The position numbers and the translations under genes were made by a program. DNA of 64,000 bases, from contig NW_026250408.1 in assembly GCF_024521635.1 (NCBI RefSeq), positions 1,178,001-1,242,000 on the forward strand, given 5' to 3'. The notes under the pieces were generated by a model. The model was not told where the DNA came from, ran no database searches, and saw only the letters and a program-made list of their open reading frames with translations. The number at the start of each line of letters is the position of its first letter. Position 1 is the stretch's first letter. This document shows positions 24,830-37,348 of the stretch, one piece after another. The DNA comes from Tricharina praecox. Taxonomy: Eukaryota.

Positions 24830-27689
24830 ATGGACGTGGGGAGTGGGGAGGGGGGTTGCTTCTGCTTCGTCTTCTTTCTTTCGCGGATGGAGGGTGGCTC
24901 GTCTTTCACTTTCACTCTCTCTGTCTGCTTGTCTGTTCGATACTGATGGTGGTGGTGATGGTGATGTCTGGCTTCTCGTTCTCTTTCCTTCTGTCCTTCT
25001 GTCTCGTACTGTACTCCTAAGGTGGCCGGCTGCTGCGGAAACCTCACAGATAGGGGCGTTTTGTTGCTGTTGCCGTTGTTTTCTTCTTTTTCTCTTCCCG
25101 GTTTGAACTTTGATTGTACATGTGAATTGTTTATTGTCCATTGTCCATTGTTCATTGCCTACACCTACATACAGAGGTCATCGCACCGTGAATTTCACTT
25201 TTCGATGGGGATGGGGATGGCGAAGCTTAAACGAGCTTATTCTTAACCGAGTCCCGACATGCAACCGTAGCTATGTACATACCGGTATTCCGCAGGGCTG
25301 GCTTACATGTACAAGTTCCAGGTTATCGACTGTCGAGGCTTGCTAGCGTAAGTGATGGACTGGCGGACAACGTCGCGGCCGACGACACTGGAGGGATCAT
25401 CCCTGGGGGGTTTATATCGCCTTGTACCTATCTGGTTACGTGGAAGATGGAATAGATAAATGGCTATATTTTGAAAATGATGTGCTCTTCATTCAATTGT
25501 TTTGTGAGCAGCATTGATGGATTATGTCTTGAGCCGAGTCGGGTTGAGTCGGTGGCCGCAACAACGGCCCGACTACGAGGACGATAGGCACTACTAGTAG
25601 ACAGCTGATATGACAGGTTACTCTTTACGAGTATCTATGAGTAGAGAAGTTATCGCATCCTGATCAACAACGTGATTCATAACGTTTAAAGTTTAAAGTT
25701 TAAAGTTTAACGGTTTAAGCATCACCAAACTGCACGGGCCACGGGGTGGCCATTGCTCACTGCCTATACTGAGGGGCGCGGAGGCAGAGGCGGCTTGGAG
25801 TCATCGGTGAACGCCGAAGAGAGGGAACCTTATTGAGACCCGGTGGGGCCTGATCCAGACCCGATGCGGTCATTCAACGTTTATCTGTCTCTGTTGTCAC
25901 TATTTATGTCTTCCTGTTGTCGGTCTCTGGTCCTCGTCAGATCATCACCTGGAATTGATCACGTTTTTGAACCTCCGCCCGTTTTTGGGTCTTTCAATAC
26001 CAGATCATACCAGACCAGACCAGACCAAACCCCGTCAACTCCACACAGACCCGCCGCACCGTTTGCCTTGCCGTCAAGCGAACAGCTACTAGTAGGTACG
26101 CAGTTACCTATCTATTAGACACGGAGGAATCCCGTCGGTGAAGTCCTCGAACGGACGTAAAGGATAGATGTCAGGACTCGGGAGTAATCGTGAGCGAGGG
26201 CACAGCATGCGAGCCGTGAGGGGGATGGTGTCCTGTCCATGACGCACCGTCGGTATCTGGCCATGGCTACGGTCCTACATACGGATCGGCGGCGAAGCCC
26301 TCATGCGGCACGGTTCGCTCGGGGAGTCTTGCCGGCTGGTTGACTGAATAGCGGTTGACTGGGTGGCGGAATAACGGCTAGCCGCAGAGGAGCGAATAAG
26401 GTACCTCTAATGATTGATTGCGCTGATTGCGCTAGTATGACGGAGATCCAGATACCTACGGCCGGTCGGTGCACGGCTAGCTACGATTCCTGTGTGTGTG
26501 AGCGGACGGACGGACGGATAGACAGAAAGACGGGCGGGCGGGCAGGAGGGTGGGAACGACGGGCGGGAACAGCAAAGAAGGAAGGCAGATTCCTTCAGGA
26601 CTCTATGAGCACCAGCACGTGGGTCGTGCGGGGGGATCGTCCTGTTCCCGTTCCGGTCATGTGAGTCGTGGTTACATACCGGTATCTGCGCAGGAGTAGT
26701 ATTGATATCGAAGCCCTTGTGCGGAACGGCATGGCAAGGTGCACAGGTTCACTCGGGGCCGTGTGTGATTACCGGTAGCCGCTCCGGGGGGGGGGGGGGG
26801 GGGCGGGGCAGAGGCCGTGACGTACGGGATCAAAAAGTGCTGATAAACCAATCGTGCGTTGCGGAGCTACAGTGCATCATCTATGCATCATGGATTTCCT
26901 ACATACCGAGCCTATACTAGAAGAGTACATACTGGGAATCGGACGGTGGGCGGACTGGTTGACGGAGGCCTAGGTGGGCGGCATAGAGTAGGTAGCGGGT
27001 ACCGGTATCGCGAAGGAGTAACTACGGGAAGGAGTACCGGTACGGAAAGAAGGCTAAAGAGTGGAATCTAATTTCTAGAATCTAGAATCTGGCGTTTCGC
27101 CTGTGACAAGTCACAAAGGCGGGGAGATGGTGGTTCGCTGGGGCTATCGCCGATTGGGAGCAGGTCTTTGGTGAGGCTGGGAAGACGGGAAAGCGGCAAT
27201 GCTTGATTGCGTGGTAGAATAGGTAGGCATGGTACCTATGTGAATACGTACTTCTTTTGCTTTACTATATGTCGATCATGAGATAGGTATTGCTCGAATT
27301 GCAAGTACATAAAAGTATTTCGTATTGATCTACCTACCATAGTAATAGAGCTTCTCCTCTATCCCGTACCTATCATATTACACTAGAGTACGGAGTTGTT
27401 CATGAATGCGAGTACACGTGCATCTTCACACGCCAAATATACTACCCAAATGGGTTTCGAGATAGAGGGAATACCGAAATATTGCGTATATGGCCCGTCT
27501 ACTTTTAAGCAGTGACGGTGCTGGTTCGAGTGATCAACTATGTAACTACCTACATGATAGCTCCGGATCACGCTCGCATCACTCGGCAGGCACCGACACA
27601 CGGGGGTTGATACATAAACAAACGTGGCGTCCGCGCACAGTGTAGCAGCCAGCACCGGTATGTACAATAAATTAATAGTATATAGTGCC

Positions 27690-29674
27690 TCATCTGCGCG
27701 CATGTCCCTCGGCGGCGGCCCTGCAAGTCCCCTGGTCGAGATCCGGCTCCATCGCCCCCGGGAAGGCCGAGAGAGTATCGTAGCCCTCCTTATGTCTAAC
27801 GCCTATATTCACATTATCGCTTGTAGGCGCGATCTCTGTATCCCGCACCTCCTTGCTCCTGCACAGCCTGCCATCCCTGACCTCATAGCGATCAGCACCG
27901 ATCCCCGGGGTAATCCAGAACACGCCCTCCGGATCGTAGGTAGTCTTGATCTCCGCGAGGCGCTTATAATTCCCTCCCCAGAAGTCGCCCTTCCAGTGCG
28001 GATTCAGCGCGCTAGCCTCGTTGACGTATGCGCCGGAGTCGGGCGCAAGCGTGCGCAGGCTGGACACGTTGAAGCGGCCGACGCCAGTGCCGACGAGGTG
28101 CACGTAGGCGCTCCGCCAGGCGGGGAGGACGGAGGTGTTTTCGCCCGAGGACAGCACCGCGCCGCCGCCGACGAGGTGCCCGCGCAGGAGGCCCTCGTGC
28201 GCGCGCGGGTAGGCGGCCGCGAGCGCTGAGGCGAGGCGTGGGCTCCGCAGGTGAGCCGCGGAGAGAAGCCGGCTGTCCATCGCGATGATACCGGTGGGCG
28301 CGGTCATGTCCTCGTGCCGTCGGTGCAGGCGCGCGTGCGTGTGTGCTGGGTCTTCGGCGCCGTGGTCGGGCTCCTCCTCAGCAGCAGGCTCGTCGGGACA
28401 TATCGGCCCGAAGCGGAAGTCGAAGTACGCCTTGTAGCTAGCGTAGTCGTAGTACTTCGCCGTCGCCGGCTTCATGCCCGGGAAGCGCCCCATCCGCTTC
28501 AGCACCGGCTCCCAGCGCTCCTTCGCCGCCGAGATCCCCGCGTCCGAGCCGGCGGTCATGAAAACCCCCTGCACCGCCGCAGGATATATATAGAAATACC
28601 CCTGGACGCCCCGCTTGTTCAACGCCGGAAACTGCGAGTGCAGGTACGCCACAGCATCCCAGTATTCGCTGGTAGAATTGGTGGTGGAATTGGTGGTGGT
28701 GCTGGAAGAGGTGGCATTGATCCACCAATTCGTGACTGTCATCCTCGGTGTGGGGTATGCTTTGATAGTCGCCTCGACGACGACGCCGAATGTTCCGCCG
28801 CCGCCCCCGCGCAGCGCCCAGAACAGGTCCGGTTCGGATAGGGAGTTGGCAGTCAGCAGCGAGCCGTTGGCAATGACTACTTTGTATTCCAGCACTTGGT
28901 CGACGCCTAGGCCGTACTTGCTGGACAGTGGACCGTGGCCGCCGGCTTGTCCCCAGCCGCCTGCGGTTTTAACGCTTCCTGCACGCACACACACGGTCAA
29001 TATTCATCTCATCGAAACCGGGAGATAGTGGGGTACAAACCATGTGCAGCGCCAACCGTCGTCAGCCCGCTCCTATCCACCGCATCATTGATCTGCTGCG
29101 TAGACAATCCAGCACCAAATGTAACGACCGCCTGCCTCCCTTGCTCTGGAATGATAATATTAACCCCCCTCGCGGGATCCACATCCTTTACGCCCTCCCT
29201 CGTAGCAGTATACACCGTCGCAACACGAACACCCCCGAGCTTTGAAATATCCAGACTCAATCCAGACGGCGCATCATTGCGGCCCAGGAAGTCGTGTCCG
29301 CTGTTGAGTACCGATAGCCGGATGTTCCGCGCGGCGGCGAAACGTACCGCGGACTGCACCTGCGCGACGCACGTGGCCCGCAGAACGTAGTCTGGCCGCG
29401 CGTGGGTGCCGAAGGGAGTCGGTGGCTGCACGCCGGGGAGGGCCGAGGCCCATTCGGCGGGTGTGGGGAAGTCGGCGTCGGTGTGTAGGAGGCAGCAGCC
29501 GGTGGGGGCGGAGGTTGCTGGGCTGGTTGGAGAGCTGCTAGGAGGCACGGATGCACCGTGGTCGTGGGAGTGGGTGGAAGTCGGAATCACCACCACCTCG
29601 GTGGAATTGTGGTCGTCGTGCGGGACGGCAACTGCAGAAGCTGCGAGGCCGGCAAGTATGATGAGAAACCTCAT
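27690..29674 (-). CDS. Secreted FAD-linked oxidoreductase (FAD_binding_4 plus BBE domain)
   Basis: Signal peptide MRFLIILAGLAASAVA; exons 29674-29041 and 28978-27690. Motifs LNSGHDFLGR (covalent-FAD His), GGGHGPLS, DLFWALRGGGGGTFGVV and GAYVNEA..FWGGNY.RL..IK..YDP. Confidence 0.92.
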
Positions 29675-30205
29675 GGTGTGCTCGGTAAAGGAACGAAGGT
29701 CTGGATGGACGGTCAAATAGTGGAATGATCTGAAGATCAGAAGCTTTGTCCAGGCCGTGGATGGGGTCGGGGATGGTTTAAGTATATATGTTTCCCAACA
29801 TGTAGATAGATACAACTCTCCGTTTGCTTGTTGGAAACGGCCCACGAAGATCTATCCAGCGATTACTGCCTACATACATTCCCTCACCCTCACTCTCGCC
29901 GATTAGATGCGCGCGAGACATATCCGGACGGCTTGGTCCATTACCAGATATGAAGGGAGGCACCTCCGTATGGCCCAATGTGGTGAGCGCGGTGAGTGCG
30001 GCGTGGGGAATATAGGTAGTAGCTATATCTGTGAACCGAATCCCGCAATAGCTATCCTCATACCTCATATTCGGCAATCTAGCTAGTAGATATTGATTTC
30101 CAGCATGGATATGCGCACTTGGGAGTCGCCGGTGCCGCGGCTGAGTTTTGTCGGAATTGCTATGGAAGTGGAGCCCTCATTGGAGGTGTTCTAGACACTC
30201 CGTTC

Positions 30206-30417
30206 CCGTGTTCGACATAGGTAGTCCGGTTAGGACTGCCAAGATCTGGTCCAGTCCGGCCCCTTGGACGGACTGCGTAAAAGTAGTCCGTCCTTCCCTC
30301 GATTATTATTTTTGGTCTAGTCGGTCTGAACACTGCTCCCGGACGGACTGCAAAGATACAGTTCAGTCCAGTCCGAGGCTGAGGACGGACGGATGGACTG
30401 GACTATGTCGAACACTG
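30206..30417. mobile_element. hAT-type MITE copy 1
   Basis: TIRs CCGTGTTCGACATA.. and ..TATGTCGAACACTG. The 8-bp flanks CTCCGTTC and CGCCGTTC match at 7/8. Internal GGACGGACT/AGTCC repeats. Confidence 0.85.
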
Positions 30418-30925
30418 CGCCGTTCAGACAGAGAACCTTCGTAGATCATTAGATGGCTGGCAGATTCTTCTGGTCGAGTATCGAGTTCGTTGGCATTCTG
30501 TACTCGCCCGCTCCTAATCTTCGTTCTTCCCATTTCCCTTGGTGCGCATTGTCACCTACACACGAGTTGCCATGCCGAAGGGCTTGGGGGCGGGACTGCA
30601 GCAGACCCTGCCAGTTGGTTGGTTAGCCATCAGCATCAAACGTTTCGAAACGGGTTACCAGTAGAGTACCTACTCGAGTAGAGTGCGTAGGCATGACCGC
30701 GTGGCCATATCTCTGCCGTGGCCCGTCGGCACCGTTACGTGCGTTGGGAATCGGCGGCCACACCTCTCGGATCTCGGATCCATCCCCAAAACGCCCAATC
30801 CCGTCGCCGACGCCGTCTCATCCCCGTCTCGTGATTCATCACCGAGCGCGAGCACCATCGTGCCGAGTGATCCAGTGAGTGATCCAGCGAGTGATCCAGT
30901 TGTCACCGGTGGGCCCGCATGGGCG

Positions 30926-31234
30926 CAGTGTTCTACATACCTAGTCCAGTCCGTACGTCCGGACCCATGGACGGGACGGGATGAAATTGAACACACGATA
31001 GTGAAAAATACTGTCATATTTGGTGGAGCAAGTGCTAAAAAGAGTGTCACTTTTTTTTTCCTCACTACCGGACTGCAGTCCAACCCCGTCCAACCCCGTC
31101 CAGCAAATCAGGGGACGGGACTGACTGCTATACTTTTATCCCGTCCTCCAAAAGGCACGGACGCCGGACGGGACTAGATCTTGGCGGTCCGTTCCGTCCG
31201 GACTGCAGTCTGGACCGGACTATGGAGAACACTG
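30926..31234. mobile_element. hAT-type MITE copy 2 (related subfamily)
   Basis: TIRs CAGTGTTCTACATA.. and ..TATGGAGAACACTG. The flanks CATGGGCG and CATGTCGG match at 5/8. Same subterminal motifs as copy 1. Confidence 0.75.
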
Positions 31235-31560
31235 CATGTCGGTTGATATCCCAGTCCCGGGCAGGAGAAGAAGACATTTCACGGTCATTTTAGAGCTGCG
31301 AGCTCCGACGGGATGAAACAACCAGGTGAAGCAGAATGTCAGGGGAAAGGCCCCCCCCTTCTCAATTCCCATCCTCAACTCAACGTCATTAAGCACGCAA
31401 CGACATACAGTAGATGCAGTAGATGCAGGCAGCAGAAAGGGTGTGGACGACAACCAAAGCAACGCGCCATTCATATACAAGAAGAATACCCGATCCCATT
31501 CTAACCACATTTCCTTTCCCCGTCACCCTTTCAGATAGATACCTAGATACCTAGAGAGAT

Positions 31561-34400
31561 CTACCGCTTGAACGTAACCGACCTGCCCGTTTTCTCCTGA
31601 TTCGTCCTACTCAAGCCCTTGGGGGCATTCGCCGATCCGGCGTACGGATTGAACGCCTTCTTCTTCTTTTCCTTCTTCTTGCCTCGTCCGCCCTCTTCCC
31701 GTTTCTGGTTCAGGACCGACGGCGCGCTGGCATAGTCAAACGGCTTGGTGGTGGGTTTCTCAACGGCGGCGTCTTCTTCGCCTTCCACCGGAGCATCCTC
31801 CTCCTCCCCCTCCTCTTGCTGTGCCAGCTTCTTTTTCTTTTTCCGCTCTTTATTTGCCTTACGTTTTCTGAGAGCTCCCTGCTCGAGGGCATCAGCGGAT
31901 GCGGGGTCGTCGCCATTGACAGACTCGGTTCCGCCCTTTTCGCCCTGCACATCTTCCGTTGCGTCCGCATGCGCAACCTCGCCAATAGCAGCATCATCCA
32001 ATTTCCTCTTCCTGCCACCACCGAGTGAGCGCACGACAATGACGTCGGATGTCTCCTCCTTGGCCGGGCGATTCTTGACGTACTCGTGTTCAGCGCGGGC
32101 ACCAGGATCGACAGCGGGAGTCTGCTGCGGCTGGTGGGGCATGTCCTCCGAGACGAAGATTTCTGCCGTTAGCTGTGGTAGTGGCACTGCGAGCCGGAGG
32201 GTGGAGGAGTCGTTGGTGCTCGAGGTCTGTTCTTGCTGCCAGCGACTGCTGTCGTCGCAGTCGCCCCAGAACTTGGATGTTTCTTCTCGCAGCGCTTTCG
32301 CTTCGTCGGAAGAGGCTGTGAAGATGTTGACACGGGATTGGTCGGCGGCAGTGGTGGACTCGCTCTCCGTGGTGGCAGGGGCTGCTTGGGCGGCGGCGTC
32401 GGCTTTTGCGGCTTTTGCGGCGGCTTCGGCGGCCCGAGCCTCGTCCCTGGAATTCTGCCACGCACGGACTTCTGGCGTGTCCTTTGCTTTCCTGATGACA
32501 ACGACAAGCTCTCCCGCCTTGCTCCTGACTGGTGGAGAGGTGCGAGGGCAACACCCAAGGACGCCTGCAACATCCACTGGCATCTTGCGGGCAAGGTTCA
32601 ATAGCTGGCTTCGGGGCATGACGAAGTGGGGGCTTTCATCTTCTATGCGGGCTGTGGTGTCCCGCCATTCGTGTACTGCTTTGAAGACGGAGACCTGCAT
32701 CGGATTAAGGTTTTCCTGAGACCGTCCGAGCATATTCCGCCAACCGAGTAGTCCGTGGCCCGTAACTGCATCGTAGGGCTCCTTTTCGTACAGGCGAAGA
32801 GCGACGATCTTGGAGTTCTCTAGGACGTCGGCCATTTTGTTGTCGGGATCCTCCAGATCTGATCTCTCCAGCAGCTCGTTCCGTACACAGTCAAAGATGT
32901 ACAGAAGGAAGTGGGTGTCCGATCTCGCATAGTTGAACATCTCTTCCGGTAGAGGCCTTGTCACCATGTCAGCATCGGGAGATTAGAGGACAATTCCGGA
33001 GTATCAAAGTTGGAGGGACAAACCGAAGCCTCCAATCAGCAAGCTGGTATTGTTTGTCGGCATCGAAATCAATGTACTTCTTCAAAAGAAATGCAAGTCC
33101 GTGGCCTGCGAATCCGAGCGAACGACAGGCCCAGTACGTGTCGAAGAGACCCACAACATACAGTCCGAGATCTCTCTGTAGCCAGATAATGTCCATAGCG
33201 GCACCATGGAAAACCTACCGCCCCGATTAGCTATCGGAAAGTGTGTACCAGAACTGCGGAGCCCACCTTGATGATATTGGGGTCTGCAAACACCTGGTTC
33301 AGGACCTGCAGGTCTTCCCTCAACTGAAGAGTGTCTAGAATCCAATCCTTCTCCCTCGTGCTTATCTGCATAAGGCACACGATTCCGATGTACGATCTCT
33401 GGTCGTGATGCTCCAGATCTACAGCAATCTCCGTGGCCTTCTTCAGCTCCTCCAGCATCTCCGCCAACGCCTCCGGCGTGTCAACGAGTATGGCCGTCGT
33501 CTCCTCGAAGGGAAGGTATTCCTGCGGTTCCTTAATCTGGAAAATACTGTCTGGGTATTTCATCGTCTTTATCTCCTCGACGTAGGGGTGCATGTACCTA
33601 GTTCGGGTTCACCCAGTCAGCAACTACTTTCCCTTCCCCACGTTAGACTTCAAAACTTACTGCTTATTCCCCAGCTCGTTCGTAAACATCTCCAAGCTCT
33701 TCTCCAGCGGAATCTTCGCATGGGGCTTCTCGGTAAGCAGCGGTTTGAACGGCGCATCGTTGAGATTGTCGGGCTTGACGTTGAACAGCAGTTGGGGCTT
33801 CGCCAGGTTTCTCGATTGCGGCGAGTTTGCGGTCGCTCGGAAGCCGACCGTTTTCTGCTGGCTGCGCGATAGGCGGGGGTTCTGCACGAAATCAGCGCAC
33901 GCACGTACGCACGCATGGAGCGCAGCGAAGGGACGGGGTGGAACGGGGGACGTACCGCATTTTTCGCGCCCGGGAGCGGCTCGGGATTCTTTTGCTTGAT
34001 TGCGCCGGTGTATTCGTCCAAGCAGGTATCCTGCGTCCTCCCAAGCTATTTAGCATTCCCTCTCACTCCACCACCTCAACACGTTGGGGGTGGGGGTGCA
34101 ACTTACCGCTCTCTCAAGCAGATAATCGACGACCTCGACGACATCGCCCCACTTGTTGTCCACATCGTCCGCGTCCCTGAGGGTCGGGGGCTCAATATCT
34201 GATCCGGCAGCGGCATTCTTGAGCAGCGAGTTGACGAGCGCCAGGATGCGCGCGCTGGTCGCGTCCGCCGCGCTCGCGAACTCGCCGTCCGACGACCGCT
34301 GGAAGTCGATGTCGCCGGCTGCGAGCGCGTTCACGCATTTCACCGTAGACATCACGGCTTTCTGCACGCCGTCCTGGAGGGTGGGGAAGTCTCCGCTCAT
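31561..34400 (-). CDS. RRP6: Nuclear exosome 3'-5' exoribonuclease Rrp6
   Basis: Exons 34400-34107, 34030-33956, 33881-33661, 33597-33267, 33214-33024 and 32956-31561. PMC2NT-like N-terminus, DEDDy motifs AVDLEHH and [14 protein letters not shown] region WRD..AR.EDES, and a Lys-rich tail. Confidence 0.95.
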
Positions 34401-35493
34401 GATGGGCGCGCGGGAGAGGGGTTTGAACGTTGCGCGTGGAGTGGAGTGGTGGGCGAATGGGCTGTTCAACTGGTGGGGCGAGAGCACAGCTGTCGCGGCG
34501 GATGTAAAAAGTCGGGAAAGTTTGTGTGCATGGTGACGCTACGACGTCACGTGGTCCGCTACCCTTGGCTCCCTAGTTAGCCGACAACGAGTGAAAGACT
34601 GTGAGATAGTCAACTACATACCATGATATTTGAAGTACTCACGGTAGTGCGCACTTCGGCAGCGGGGTCTTGAACTCTCTACAGGTAACAGCAATGGCAG
34701 GAATAGTTAGAAAATAATAATCACCACCAAAACGGTTGCAGACTCAGTCAGCCAACTTCCAAGCCCTCTAGATGTCTGAAAGCTGAAGTGCGAGTTGAAT
34801 AGCAACTGGTAGGCTGCACTTAGTTTGAAGTTAGTACCGGTAGTTAGGTGCAGAGCAAATGCGCACCTGAAACTGTAAACAAATATGCTGATTGGCTAGT
34901 CAGCCAGGGGAAACAAATGTTTTTGACACCATTTGACATCTACCACGCTAATTTCCACTCTCACGTCTCCGAATGCTAGATCGTGGACAGTGGCGGTCAC
35001 CAAAACCTCCGCTTCATCAATGCACCCTCCGGCCCTCATTCAGACCCCCGTCACCAGCGTTCAAACTTCCAAGTGCGCACTTCACCAGCAGGAAAGGTTG
35101 GCTTTGAACTTCGTAGTCGCCATAGTCTAGTCTAGTAACCAATGCCGTATGCGACACTCAGTTGATATTCCCTCCCCTCTCTCTTCTCTCTCTCTCATCC
35201 TCCAGCAGAACCAGCCGCAACGGTGATGTAACATAAAACCCAAAAAAAACTTGGCAAGGCCACTAGGCCCCAAAAGCTCAATTGGTATAAAACCGAAATA
35301 CATAAGGCTATTGATCGAGGGAATCAAAAAAAACAGATGAGTGCAAACGCTGGTCATAACTCATTGTAGAGAGAACGACAAGAAAAGCACAAGCTCTGAT
35401 AATGAGAAAGAAAGGAAACTTAGGAAAGAGGGTATGCCCTTCAGCCCAGCACAACTATCGCACACACTGCTCCACGCACGCAGACACACACAC

Positions 35494-36468
35494 TCAGACA
35501 GCCCCTCCCTCGACCTCGACCTCAGGAGGAATGCGCGCCAATATCTCCCTCCTTGCCACGCAATCAGCGCCCAGCTTCGGCGCCACCAATCTAAGCAACT
35601 CCAGCAACTCGAGCGGACTCGTAGTGGGCGCGATATGTACGTCGAGCCTCAACAGCTCCGGGAACACGACACGGGCGGCGACGAGGTGTACCAGGTCTAC
35701 GCCATCGGTCTGCGGGCCGGTGTAGTTGCAGATGAAGAAGCGCAGCGCGGGGGCATTAGCCGCAAAGCCCTCCAGCAGCGCTTCCGTCGTCAGCCCCGTG
35801 AAGCCGACGTAGCCGAACGTGTCGTCGACGCCGACGTGGTACTCGAAGTACTCCATATTGGGCAGTGCCTCGGTCAGCATCCGCGCCGCCTGCGACATCG
35901 CCGGCATGTGCGGGAGTATCAGCACTCGCAGGCTGGGTAGGCGGCGGACCAGCGTTAGGACGTCGGCCACTATGCGGGAATACGGAGGGTAAAGCTTGAG
36001 CCGTAGGTAGTCCACACCGGCATGCTCGTCGAAGCGGTGCGCCGCCTCGCGCAGCACCTCCTGCACGCGGAGGTTCATCTTGAGCTTGCGGAGCGCGGGG
36101 AGGTGCTTCATGCACTCGATGAAAGCGGCAGGGGTGAAGCCGCGCTTGCTGGGCAGCCGCGGGTGCTTGAACAGGAACCAGGCCTCCTCGACGTGGCCTA
36201 GATACATCGCTTTTCGCCGCGGCTCTATGTTCATTAACGACTCCGGGTCACGTGGTAGCTTCCGCCATAGCAGCTTGACCGTGTGCGCGAACCAGTAGCT
36301 GTTGACACGCGCGCAGCTGGCGAGACTGCCAGGGTGGTTGCGCAGGTGCCCGACTACGAGTGATAGCAATTCCGATATGCCGAGTGTGCGCTGTGCCGCT
36401 GTGAACGAAGACCGGTCTAGTACGAGAAAATTGGGGAAGGTGGGTTCGTGGGATCCGAGACCGGACAT
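35494..36468 (-). CDS. F-box-like/leucine-rich protein
   Basis: Motif LGISELLSLVVGHL..SLASCARVNSYWF..VKLLWRKL, followed by LxxL repeats (LPALRKLKM, LPSLRVLIL, FPELLRLDV). The start is taken as the ATG at 36468. Confidence 0.7.
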   Translation of the reverse strand: MSGLGSHEPTFPNFLVLDRSSFTAAQRTLGISELLSLVVGHLRNHPGSLASCARVNSYWFAHTVKLLWRKLPRDPESLMNIEPRRKAMYLGHVEEAWFLFKHPRLPSKRGFTPAAFIECMKHLPALRKLKMNLRVQEVLREAAHRFDEHAGVDYLRLKLYPPYSRIVADVLTLVRRLPSLRVLILPHMPAMSQAARMLTEALPNMEYFEYHVGVDDTFGYVGFTGLTTEALLEGFAANAPALRFFICNYTGPQTDGVDLVHLVAARVVFPELLRLDVHIAPTTSPLELLELLRLVAPKLGADCVARREILARIPPEVEVEGGAV

Positions 36469-37237
36469 GATGTCGGCGTAGGCGGCTCGGGGAACGGGGA
36501 GGGCGGGTAGAGGATCGGCAACGATTGTTGTAAGCCTACGGTGTCGGTGTAGAGTAACTACTCGTAGGTGGTTCGGACAAAGACCGTAGTGGAAGGTGGT
36601 GAATTCCAAGCAGGCAGTGGAGGTGTACGCGCCTGAAGCTTGGAGCTTCAAGCTTGGAGCTCGGAGCTGGGAGCTTTTTTGGATGCGCAGATGGTGTCGT
36701 ACGGCACGCGCAGCTGGGGGGCAGGGGTGCGCAGGGGAGTCTTCCGGTGCGCACCGAGAGCCGAGCGAGCGAAGTTGAGTGTCGTGTGTACCGTACGGTT
36801 GCGATGGGTGACTGCCGTTGTTATCGTCGTCGTGGTGCTTGAATAGAATAGGAGGTGGAGAGTAGATACCGAATAGGAACTGTGAGCTGAAAAGAGGGGT
36901 AGCAAGAGGAGGCTCTCTTCCCAACAGATCTGTACCTCTCTCGCTCGCAGCGGTCATTCCGCCCGTCTAGCCTGGTTGCACACTGTGCCTGTGGTAACTC
37001 TTGAAGTCCGCCCAGGCAATTGTTGCCATATTCCGGCTGCTGCCCGAGATGGGGTAGGTACATTATGTATCCATCTTCCTCGGTCCCTACCTGCCAAGGA
37101 TTGGAGTATCCATCGCCTCGCTGCACCTTCGGTTCGTGAAACGATACCGTGTCGCGAGCCGGCCGTTGCCTCGTCGTGGTTCCATCACGGAGCGATCACT
37201 CGACCTCATTGTGAATAGGTGCTGAGAAGCCATATTG

Positions 37238-37348
37238 ATCCTCAGCGGAGCTATTGCCATGATCTAGCTGAGGAGGTCACATGAAATTTATGATTACACA
37301 AAAATATCCTCAGCCTAGCTATTGCCTTCTAGCTGAGCAGGTCACATG
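37238..37348. repeat. Two direct repeats of about 45 bp, each with a CTCAGC..GCTGAG inverted repeat
   Basis: 37238-37283 and 37306-37348 share ATCCTCAGC..AGCTATTGCC..TCTAGCTGAG.AGGTCACATG. Confidence 0.75.

Noticed and set aside
31745..32719. 324-aa plus-strand ORF
   Set aside because: Antisense to the last RRP6 exon.
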